Part shown: piece by piece, positions 40,053 to 52,100 of the stretch
How positions within the stretch are numbered: the first letter of the stretch is position 1
Layout: each line of letters begins with the position of its first letter
NCBI RefSeq assembly: GCF_964204865.1
Contig: NC_135261.1
Location: forward strand, 7,502,001 to 7,566,000
Direction of reading: 5' to 3'
Origin: Styela clava
Lineage: Eukaryota
DNA length: 64,000 nucleotides
Program-made: the position numbers and the translations under genes
The notes under the pieces: generated by a model
What the model saw: only the letters and a program-made list of their open reading frames with translations
Told to the model about the DNA's origin: nothing
Databases searched by the model: none

Positions 40053-42414
40053 TTACAATAAACCATGACACATTCCATCAATGTATTCCACTCTCATTAT
40101 CATGTGATTATTCCATGTCTGAGGATAAACTCGAATGTATCGACATATTATTACATGCGGAAACATGTTGGTGACCTTGGTGGTTCTGTCGTTATTTCCA
40201 TTAAATACCTGAAATATAAATAGGGATCAAAAGTACAACAATAAGTTCAGTAAACCATATCAGAGTATAGTAAATACATTGTAATTGTCGTTGGGCCATA
40301 TAACCGACTTCAGACATCTAGCTGTGCTACACAGCAAATTAAAAAATTCTTCCTCAGCCTTACAGTTATAAAGGCAGCAGGCAAAACAGAAGAAGATTTT
40401 ACGTAGCGAAAGAGCCATGCGAGCGCATTTTTATACATAAACTGTCGGATTAGATTTTTATGCTTGATTGAAGAAAATCTAAGTGTTGGCAGCGGCCACA
40501 CTGAAGAGCGGGCCTGGTTGTGGCCGACGGACGCCTGTTGCACACACCTGATCTAAATCATAAATCGCCAATATAAAAAAAATGTAGAATTCCACGCTTG
40601 ATAACGAATTTCTCCGATGTGAAATTTTCATTCGTTTCGCTTTCTCTTTGCCATCTTAACTGGTGTCTACTTCAATAAGAGTATTTATTAAGTATAATAG
40701 TATAAAAGATTAAATTTTAGATGAAAGACCGCAACCTTGATTGAAGCAACCTTGATGACCCGGAAATCCCATATTGTGATAAGAGTGTTGAAAATCATTT
40801 TATAATAGCAAAATGGGTTTAGAAATACTACCTTACCTTGTTTATTAAGTATAATAGTATAAAAGATTAAATTTTAGATGAAAGACCGCAACCTTGATTG
40901 AAGCAACCTTGATGACCCGGAAATCCCATATTGTGATAAGAGTGTTGAAAATCATTTTATAATAGCAAAATGGGTTTAGAAATACCACCTTACCTTGTCT
41001 GAACCATTCTCTCGTATTGTGATCATTTCGCTGGTCGAATTTCCATACGATATTTTGAAAGACCGAACCCAATTATTGGCATCTGGGCTTCCCTGTGTCA
41101 CGACTCCTCCTATTGGTTTGAGCGTCTTGAAATCTACCTGATGCCATTCTCCTATTGTATCTATAAATATCAAATATTTTATTATTCTACGAAGAGGTCA
41201 TCCCCACTCACATTTTTTAATGCAGTCAGTCTAAATTCTAGTATTTTGCAACAGGCAGAAAAACTAACAGAAATCAAAGTTGAATCAAATACTACCACAT
41301 TGTACTATAAGTGCAGAAACGATTTACGAGGAATAACTACTATACGTTTTATTGCATTCTGTGTAATATGATAGTCTTACTCTTGGCAATGATAATGAAC
41401 TCTTCCGAGTTCATAATTGGGTGTGAAATAATTCAGAGCTTGTTTTAAAGCTTTTAAAAAATAACTTCATAATAACTCAAATATGCCATAATTTACCAAA
41501 CATTTACAAAAATTAGTATAAGTTGAGAATTCGGATAAAGACACAGTGTTCACAAACGTGAAAAGAGCATACTTTTCAGCAAAGAATGTCAGTGATTTTT
41601 AATGATTATTCTTATATTAATTATAGAAAATCAAAATAACTTACCTCTTCTAGATAACCATACAGCATACTTTCCCCCAGAACGATCCACATTGTCCAAT
41701 CTCCCATAATAAGCTTGATATTGGTTATTGTAAATTGATGAAGCTGTGATTTGTGAGTCAGGAATGATATGGCGATTCTTTACACCCATGTAGCAAATCT
41801 CAGCTGAAATTTATATCAGAATTATAAGCTGGTATATATGTTTTATAATGTGACATTTCATTTCTTGATTGTTTCATTTGTATTAGCAGGAAACACTGAA
41901 GTATTCCGAGGAACATTACTTAAACCGGGAATATGAAAATACAATTCCACGTAATGATTCTGCATATGTTAACAGTAGCAGAATACTTACGATTTTTGAT
42001 TGCCAAAAGCTGCTTTTGAGTCATCAGGAAAGAATCTTGAAAGAAAAAAAAAGGATGTTGAAATATTTAGGAATATGTACTATGTATAACATGTATTAAT
42101 TGAAAGGTAATTAACCGATTACAATACATGCTCAGACTTATTTGGTTCAACTCATCACCTTCCAACTTCTTTATCCTTTCTTCTAGATGTTCCGCCGTTC
42201 CAGGTTCGCCCTGTTCTCCTTTTATTCCGGGTAGTCCACGTATTCCTTCATTTCCTCTTTTTCCTGGCCTTCCCTGGCACTGACTCGAGTCACATCTGGC
42301 GAGACTCGAATTGCCGTTTGCCACCACGTGTGAACAAAATTCATACAACGCTGGCATGTGACATAGCACACAGGGAAAGAGCAAAATCAAGGTAACAGCA
42401 ACGGAAAATTTCAT
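40053..42414 (-). CDS. Secreted collagen + FA58C/discoidin-domain protein, copy 3 (260 aa)
   Basis: Exons 42414-42159, 42035-41991, 41803-41645, 41160-40994, 40208-40053; same exon sizes, open frame. Confidence 0.92.
40684..40999. repeat. 157-bp near-perfect tandem duplication including the exon-4 donor of copy 3
   Basis: tttattaagtataatag...ccttaccttg occurs at 40684 and again at 40841. Confidence 0.95.
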
Positions 42415-42828
42415 ATTAGATTTTCGGATAATATTTCCTGAAATATATCAGCAGATTTGAATTAAAAAAAAACATATAAAAAGTTTTCAAAATCTTATAA
42501 ATTTTCATCTTTTTACAATATAGAGCTAAGTAGGGATTTTAAAATCATAATTTGCTTCACATATAAATTTTAATTATTCTATATTTCATTTAGTCGTATA
42601 GGATTTTTCAACACCTCAAAATTTGAAGATACGCTATTTACTACTTATATGTGTTCTCAGGTGGAATATTGCCGTACATTGGCGTAGCTAGGGGGAGTTT
42701 GCGTGTCGGACCCACATCGAAGTTTCCACATCTTCACCATTTACAAGGTTCTGAATATTAGGCTGATACACAAAAATTTTCTATTTTTGCATTGATTGTA
42801 ATTTTACAGATTTAGGTTTGTTTATATA

Positions 42829-45800
42829 ATATATGGCGGATAAATGAAGACATAGTTAATCGTTTAAATCATACAATTTCGCTTTTAGTGTTGGTAGGAA
42901 CTCGTCTGCACTAGACGCCATGGAACCTGACTACTCACTACAATCACTTTTTTTTGTACTTAGCTGCAATTTATCGAATTCGTATCAACACAAAGCGAAA
43001 TTATTGTCTGTTACGAAAGACAAATAGGGTTGTTGAAAGAAGCGTAAAATTCTATGAATTAATTTAAGACAGGGCAAAATTGAGCCTCAGTCAAGCTTGC
43101 GTTTTCCAGTATTTCCTTTCACATGTATTTAATGTGTGCTGGCCTTGCTTTTTCCGTGCAGAATTATATAGCGACAAACTTGACCCAATGCTGTAAGAAC
43201 GTAGATGATATATATCGGCGATAAACGTTGCTACAAAATAGATACACAACACAAGATCGGTCACGCGAAAACCATACATCATAATAATAAATACAAAATG
43301 AAATCATGCAGAATTGAAATATTTGTTCATCTGACAAATAAATCATGAATTAGCAAAACGATAGCGATAGCGAAACGAAAGCGATACCTTTTTCAACGAT
43401 AATTACATGTAAAAGCTGATTTTGTATTGTTAGATGACGTATGAACGTAGTTATCAATTTCCAAGAAACTAATTAAGTAATTATTTCTCGGGAAAATAAT
43501 ATGATTGATTGAAGACGAAAAAATGCCAATGAGACATCGTGCATAGACGATTCGACTGTTTTCAATAAATATTTTTTCAATCAGCAAGATCACGAGTGAA
43601 TTAATTATAACTCGAAAATACTCATTCGTGAACAAGTTCATGGAATTGCAAATTCTTAAAAGTAGCTTAAAAGGAAAACAACAAGCAATTGATTCATAGA
43701 AAATATTGCTTAAACGCATTTTGAAGAAATGTTTAAAATGTCCTCATACCAATACCAATTTAATTACCGACAAGTTTTTCAAACAATACTAGGGTGCTTA
43801 AAAACATTGGTCAATTTGTGATAACCATACCGATTCGTATTTGATTCCACAGTGACTGGTATTGAATATATAAAATGTTTGTAATATATGAGACTGTTAA
43901 TATTAATCTGTTGTTTAATGTTTGTAAGAATTCTTCTGCCTCTTCGTTGGCTGAGTCCCTCATTTTTGGAAATTTGGGATAACAGCTTTTCTTTGTGAAT
44001 TGTATGAACTTATTCAGGAACATTTTAGTCTTATTTTGAAAGTGACAATGAAATTTCTGTTAAAATACGGTACACTCCGATCTCAAGAAATTGGGGCAAT
44101 AACTGTTAAAATTGAATTAGAATGTCATCTTTAAGATAAATTTGAGAGTCCGAGGTTTTTCATGGCACTTGATTCTCCACTACAATCAACACGGCAATGC
44201 CAAGTGCGTGCGTTACTTAATACACTTATAAAGATGGGTCAACTGTAGTTGTAACTGAATATTTTTAGAATATACAATGCAAAGTTACGATTAGGTGGGT
44301 GGTATATTGTTGTGTTCAAATTTTATTTATCTTTTATTATTTATTATGAGTAATTTAGCAGGCTATTGAATCAATTATAAAACAAAGTTAATTCATTATC
44401 AAAACACTTTTTAAAATGAAAAACAAAAGACGTATATGATGCTTCTTATTCCTGCATTGTAGAGGTCCTCAGTTGAAGGCCAATTTTTTTGCGCTTGCGC
44501 TTATCCGAAGTCTCACTCACGTAACTGTTTCTTGACTTGACTAATCATGAATGGCTCATTGTCAACTGCTTTCTACTCAACATCCATGCAGCAAAGATAA
44601 ATCTTAGCACGGCCCATACAACGCCAGTAATCGCTCTCAATTGCTCAATCAGTTGACTTGACTTTTATTATTAAGATAAGATACCTATAGTAGCTGACAT
44701 AGAAATAATGACAATAATTTACAATATAAATATATGCATGGCTTATCAATCATGATTTAATGATGAAACCATGGTGACTCTTCCAGCGATATTCACGTTT
44801 GAAATCAGATTACCGTAAGTTGGCTTATAAACTCTGATACTTACATTTTGTCGAGAAAATAATATGAAAAACGACCTAATATATGGCGGATAAATGACGA
44901 CATAGTTAATCGTTTAAATCATACAATTTCGCTTTTAGCATACGTACGAACTCGTCTACACTAGACGCCATGGAACCTGACTACTCACTATAATCACTTT
45001 TTTTTGACTTAGCTACAATTTATCGGATTCGTATCAACACAAAAAGAAGTTATTGTCTGTTTCGAAAGACAAATAGGGTTTTTGAAAGAAGCGTAAAATT
45101 CTATGAATTAATTTGAGACAGGGCAAAAATGAGTCTCAGTCAAGCTTGCGTTTGCCAGTATTTCCTTTCACATGTATTTAATGTGTGCTGGACTTGCTTT
45201 TTCCGTGCAGAATTATATAGCGACAAACTTGACCCAATGCTGTAAGAACGTAGATGATATATATCGGCGATAAACGTTGCTACAAAATAAATACACAACA
45301 CAAGATCGGTCACGCAAAAACCATCCATCATAATAATGAATACAAAATGAAATCATGCAGAATTGAAATATTTGTTCATCTGACAAATAAATCATAAATT
45401 AGCAAAACCTAGCGATATCTTTTTCAAAGATAATAACATGTAAAAGCTGATTTTGTATTGTTAGATGACGTATGAACGTAGTTATCAATTTCCAAGATAC
45501 TAGGTAAGTATTTATTCCTCGGGAAAATAATATGATTGATTGAAGACAAGAAAATGCCAATGAGACATCGTGCATAGACGATTCGACTGTTTTCAATAAA
45601 TATTTTTTCAATCAGCAAGATCACGCGTGAATTAATTATAACTCGAAAATACTCGTTCGTGAACAAGTTCATGGAATTGCAAATTCTTGAAAGTAGCTTA
45701 AAAGTAAAACAACAAGCAATTGATTTATAAAAAATAGTGCTTAAACGCATTCCGAAGAAATGTTTAAAATGTCCTCCAACCAATACCAATTTTATTACCG

Positions 45801-48712
45801 ACAAGTTATTCAAACAATACTAGGGTGCTTAAAAACATTGGTCAATTTCTGATAACCATACCGATTCGTATTTGATCCCACAATGACTGGTATTGAATAT
45901 ATAAAATGTTTAATATATATGAGACTGTTAATATTTATCTGTTTGTTAATTTTTGTAAACATTAATGCAACTTCTGCCTCTTCGTTGGCTGAGTCCCTCA
46001 TTTTTGGAAATTTGTAATAACAACTTTTCTTTGTGAATTGTATGAGCTTATTCTGGAAAATTGTAGTCTCATTTTGGAAGTGACAATAAAATTTGGGCTA
46101 AAATACGGCACACTCTAATCTCAAGAACATGGGGCAATAACTGTTAAAATTGAATTAGAATGTCATGTTTAAAATAAATTTGAGAATCCGAGGTCTTTCA
46201 TGGCACGTGATTCCCCACTACAATCAACAAACCAATGCCAAGTGCGTGCGTTACTTAATAACACTTATAAAGATGGGTTAACTGTAATTATGAATATTTT
46301 TAGAATTCACAATGCAAAGTCACGATTAGGTGGGTAGGTGGTACTGGGCCATAGAATATTGTTGTGTTAAAATTATTTTTTACCTTTTTTTTGGCACGAC
46401 GTTTTAGTTATTTAGCATTAGGCTATTGAATAAATTATAAAACAAAGTTTATTCATTTTCAAAACACTTGTCGTTAAAATGAAGTATTTAATGCTTTTTA
46501 TTCATGCATTATAGAGGTCCTCAGTTGAAGGCAAATTTTTTTGCGCTTGCGCTTATCCGAAGTCTCATTCACGTAACTGTTTCTTGACTTGACTAATCAT
46601 GAATGGCTCATTGTCAACTGCTTTCTACTCAACATCCATGCAGCAAAGATAAATCTTAACACAGCCCATACAACGCCAGTAATCTCTCTCAAATGCTCAA
46701 TCAGGTGACTTGATTTTTTATTATTAAGATAAGATACCTAGCAGCTGACATAGAAATAATGTCAATAATTTACAATATAAATATATGCATGGCTTATCAA
46801 TCATGATTTAATGATGAAACCATGGTGACTCTTCCAGCGATATTCACGTTTGATATCAGATTACCGTAAGTTGGCTTATAAACCCTGATACTTACATTTT
46901 GTCGAGAGAATAATAAAAAAACAACCTAATATATGGCGGATAAATGACGACATAGTTAATCGTTTAAATCATACAATTTCGCTTTTAGTGTACGTACGAA
47001 CTCGTCTACACTAGACGCCATGGAACCTGACTACTCACTACAATCACTTTTTTGACTTAGCTGCAATTTATCGGATTCGTATCAACACAAAAAGAAGTTA
47101 TTGTCTGTTTCGTAAGACAAATAGGGTTGTTGAAAGAATCGTAAATTTCTATGAATTAATTTGAGACAGGGCAAAATTGAGTCTCAGTCAAGCTTGCGTT
47201 TGCCAGTATTTCCTTTCACATGTATTTAATGTGTGCTGGCCTTGCTTTTTCCATGCAGAATTATAAAACGACAAACTTGACCCAATGCTGTAAGAACGTA
47301 GATGATATATATCGGCGATAAACGTTGCTACAAAATAAATACACAACACAAGATCGGTCATGCAAAAACCATCCATCATAATAATGAATACAAAATGAAA
47401 TCATGCAGAATTGAAATATTTGTTCATCTGACAAATAAATCATGAATTAGCAAAAGCTAGCGATACCTTTTTCAAAGATAATAACATGTAAAAGCTGATT
47501 TTGTATTGTTAGATGACGTATGAACAAAGTTATCAATTTCCAAGATACTAGGTAAGTATTTATTCCTCGGGAAAATAATATGATTGATTGAAGACAAGAA
47601 AATGCCAATGAGACATCGTGCATAGACGTTTCGACTGTTTTCAATAAATATTTTTTCAATCAGCAAGGTCACGCGTGAATTAATTATAACTCGAAAATAC
47701 TCGTTCGTGAACAAGTTCATGGAATTGCAAATTCTTAAAAGTAGCTTAAAAGGAAAATAACAAGCAATTGATTTATAGAAAATAGTACTTAAACGCATTC
47801 TGAACGAATGTATGAAATGTTCTCAAACCAATACCAATTTAATTACCAACAAGTTTTTCAAACAATACTAGGGTGCTTAAAAACATTGGCCAACATTTGA
47901 TAATCATACCGATTCGTAATTGATCCCACAATGACTGGTATGGAATATATAAAATGTTTAATATATATGAGTCTGTTAATATTAATCTGTTGTTAATTTT
48001 TGTAAAAATTAATGCAACTTCTGCCTCTTCGTTGGCTGGGTCCCTCATTTTTAGAAATTTGTAATAACAACTTTTCTTTGTGAATTGTATGAGCTTATTC
48101 AGGAAAATTATAGTCTTATTTTGAAAGTGACAATAAAATTTGGGCTAAAATACGGCACACTCTAATCTCAAGAAAATGGAGCAATAACTGTTAAAATTGA
48201 ATTAGAATGTCATGTTTAAAATAAATTTGAGAATCCGAGTTTTAGTAATTTAGCATTAGGCTATTGAATAAATTATAAAACAAAGTTGATTCATTTTCAA
48301 AACACTTATCGTTAAAATGAAGTATCTGATGCTTCTTATTCGTGCATTATAGAGGGCCTCAGTTGATGACAAAATGTTTTTGCGCTTCCGCTTATTGGAA
48401 GTCTGATCCGCGTAGCTGTTTCTTGCAGCAGGGATAAGTCTTAACACAGCCCATACAACGCCAGTAATCGCTCTCAAATACTCAATCAGGTGACTTGATT
48501 TTTATTATTAGGTTAGGAAACCTAGCAGCTGACATAGGAATAATGACAATACTTTATAATATGAATATATGCATGCCTTATCAATCATGATTTAATGATT
48601 AAACCATGGTGACTCTTCCATCGATATTCACGTTTGAAATCAGATTACCGTAAATTGGCTTATGAACCCTGATACTTACATTTTGTCGAAAAACAAAATA
48701 TAAAAGAAACAA
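42829..48712. repeat. Tandem triplication, unit ~2.05 kb
   Basis: Units start atatatggcggataaatga near 42829, 44879 and 46929; equivalent ORFs are offset by 2049 and 2048 bp; the third unit carries deletions. Confidence 0.95.
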
Positions 48713-49148
48713 CCATTTCAAGCAATACTTGATATTGTTTTAAAAGAAGCAATGATATACGTAAGATTAGACTATTTCGTTTGATATTTATTTTGAGCAA
48801 GTTTATGTGAATAAAATTTATACCTTCATCTACTAAACTTGTATGTAGTTTAATAAATAAGCAGAACAAAAATGTTAACTCCATTTTTTAGATATTTCTA
48901 GACTACCCTAAATATTGACGAGGTATTTGTTTTTTCATAAAACTCTTATCTGTCAATCATGTGGATAAATTTAGATAATCAACATTGTTCGACAACCACT
49001 CATAGGTATCGACATATTATTAAATGCGAAAACATGTTAGTGACCTTCGTGTTTGTGTCAATATTTCCTGTAAATATCTTAAATTAAGAAATGATTCAAA
49101 ATATTAAAGTTAGATCAATATTTAATTACATACGGGTATATTTTTTTT

Positions 49149-49156
<8 letters not shown>

Positions 49157-49181
<25 letters not shown>
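49157..49181. repeat. (TA)n microsatellite
   Basis: About 12 TA units. Confidence 0.9.
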
Positions 49182-49773
49182 CAACTGTGGAATGTGGGAA
49201 CACTCACTTGTCAACGAAGTTTTCATAATAAAAATTTTCTGAGAAGTTTATTGAGAAATCTGCAGAATTCGCTATCAATAACTTCATATATTTTAAATAC
49301 ATGTTAACATGCATCTACTTAAATATCTGAACAGAAAATGGAAATGATATGTATGTTCTTTGGCGTTAGGGGTCGCTGTAGAGTTGTGACTGTTCTAGAG
49401 GTATCTTTTCAATTTCGGACAAAGGCTTTGAAATATCAGAAATATATTATCAATTTATAACAATGGGGCCCAAATATACTAAATTCACGCTTGTGTTCTT
49501 GTTGGATTAAAAGCGGGTAAATTATATTTGATTAATTCAAAAATAAGTTTTGATACTACAGTACCTTGTCTGAACCATTATCACGTGTTGTTATCATTGT
49601 TTAAAAACTTGTCTTACTTGTGTCACGATTCCTCATTTTGGTTTAGATGTCTTGGAATCTATTTCATGTCATTCTCCTACTTTATCTATCAAAATTCTTT
49701 ATTCATTTCAAAGAGTTTTCAATTTTATACTCCGACTAACATTTAAGAAGCTCCTGCACTGTATACTATAGAT

Positions 49774-50069
49774 CAGGAGTGGGTAAAGTTTTTTGAACCA
49801 GGGGCCAAAATGTTGCCCACCTAGCCCGGCGGGCCATGTAAGTGTGACGTAAAGAGTTACATTTCATAAACAATATTCACAGTATTACAAAGCAAAGCTG
49901 GAAAACAATAAACCTCGTGCCAAAACTAAATTTAACCGCAATCTCAACAAATACCTTGAGCTATTTTTAGCCAATTGGTTTCAGTTTGGCAGTGGCAGCA
50001 TCAGGCGGACCAGATTGAAATATCCAACGGGCCGGATTTGGCCCGTGGGCCGTACTTTGACTATGTCTA
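49774..50069. mobile_element. hAT MITE in copy-4 intron 3
   Basis: Perfect 8-bp TSD ctatagat; degenerate TIRs; ggccggatttggcccgtgggcc subterminal motif. Confidence 0.7.
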
Positions 50070-51128
50070 CTATAGATGAACGTTCTTTCGTAACATGCAG
50101 ATGAATTAGAAAGATTGAATCAAGGACCATAATGCATCAAAAGTTTAGTAGCTTCAAACACATCTGACCATTAATATCGCCAAATCCCGACACATTTCGA
50201 GTACACGTTTCAAACATTTCTTTGTATTTTGGCTGAAGTCAGCTAAATTGGACTTCTCTAACAAGTAACAAACAATTGAAATAGTTTCCAAATACTAACT
50301 TCTGTAATTGTAAATTTGAATGAATTCTAAAGTTATTCAAATATACAACTCCAAATTTAGAGGATTTGTATTGAAACCGGATGTTTCCATATCTATTTTG
50401 AATATATTCCTTTTTTTGGCCATCATCCCTGTTGCAAATTAAATTTAAATATAATCTCAGCACGTCAGCAAATGCTCGTCCTAGAATGCAGATAACAGAT
50501 CTGGAGCGATAAAGTTTATTACAAAACGAAAAATGCAACACGCAGCTGGAATAGAATCATTATTGAGCTAAAAAACCATTCAATACAATAATAATTACAA
50601 TGAACAATCATATACCATATACCAAGCCTGTTGAGTTATAGGGAATAGAAATAAAGATGCTACAACTTGTACCAGTTGGTTCCCCAGCTTTTTATTCCAA
50701 ATTTGGAGGGTGGTAGATATTTTGTTATTGGCGATAAAACTATTTACAACTGATAAAAATGTGTTATGTATTTGGCTGATAATTTTTACCGGCATATGTG
50801 CCACTTTTTGAATATTCAAATACAATTTTATTTACGTTAAGAATTAAAGTATTGTGTCAGACCCAAAAATGAGAGGGGGTGTTTGAAAGTTTAGGGGGTG
50901 TTCACCCCCTATAGGAGGGGAGGGGTTGAAGGGAAATCACTGACTTGTACAACGATATTTATGTTTGAAAGAAGATTATAACAGCAAATACACATTATCA
51001 CAATTTAAGCACGTGTATATCGTAACAATTCAATTATACCGGTATCTTAACGTACGTACCGGTATGAGGATTGCGTACGACAGTCTTTTAGGTATCACGT
51101 ATCAGCCCTATATTAAGGAAGCTTGAAG

Positions 51129-52100
51129 ATGTCACAAAAACGAAAACTAGACACTGAAAACAGGCGTTTTTCGGATAAATGGCAACGTTCTTATTTCTTT
51201 ATTGAAAAGAATCAAACTTCAGCAATTTATATTCTTTGCCAACAAGCTATTCTTGTTCTATTCCTGTTATAAACTACGGTCCAGACTGACAGATAATCAC
51301 TTAGAGTGCGGTATTGCAAATACAATGTAACAAATTGGAGCCACGTTTTGAACATCAGTTTTCAAGCAAACCCCAATTACAAGTATCTACAAAAATGCAA
51401 GTGAACTATGTTGGCTATTCGTTTTTTTTTAATATTCATATACATTGAGACGTTTTTTTGTTTAACAAAAAAAAAACATGAGTCGCTATCTGGGGTCATC
51501 TCTTATCTCTGGGGTCAATCTCAACCTCTGTGTCAGTGGATAATATTGGTAGTACAACTGCAAAAACCATACTCACCAGAGATAACAGTGTTTTATAAAC
51601 TTCAACTACAAATTTAATTAGATAACAAACCTTGGGTGTCGCTGCCTGATAAACAGTTCCCAGCGATTTCCCTTCCCAGTAAAATGTGTGTCAATTTTAC
51701 TTTTTTCATAATTTCGTTTGTTATTTTTACTGGATGGAAAAAATAAACTTGACCATGATATGAGTAGACATTTATACAAAGCCGTACTCCAGATGAGCAA
51801 GTAACTTCATTAGTCGCTATCAGTTACAAATCCTTTTTGAAAGTCGTGCTTGTTATTCCTCGGGTATTCTATCACCCAACTATTATACTTTTGAATTTTA
51901 TTACAAACAAACTGCGATACTGGGTGTATCTAAAATGAATCTTGCAGCCTATTTTGGTGCCTATTTTTCAAAAATTTTTCAGGGAACGCCCTGAACCCCA
52001 GCCTTTACGTCGGGTTTTTTTGGTCATCTCGCTTTACTGGCCCGCGAGTATCCTCACCTTGAAATTTTGGCCCGCGGCCAAATAAGTTTGGGAACCCCTG
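51129..52100 (+). mobile_element. Decayed hAT (SPIN/GTF2IRD2-like) transposon remnant
   Basis: MSQKRKLDTENRRFSDKWQRSYFFIEK...ILCQQAI resembles the N-terminal zinc-finger region of this transposase group; right TIR gtttgggaacccctg followed by atctagat. Confidence 0.6.

Noticed and set aside
43393-47798. Recurrent 108-129 aa ORFs in the 2-kb tandem units
   Set aside because: Recurrence is explained by recent duplication; the ends vary by frameshift and no domain is recognisable.
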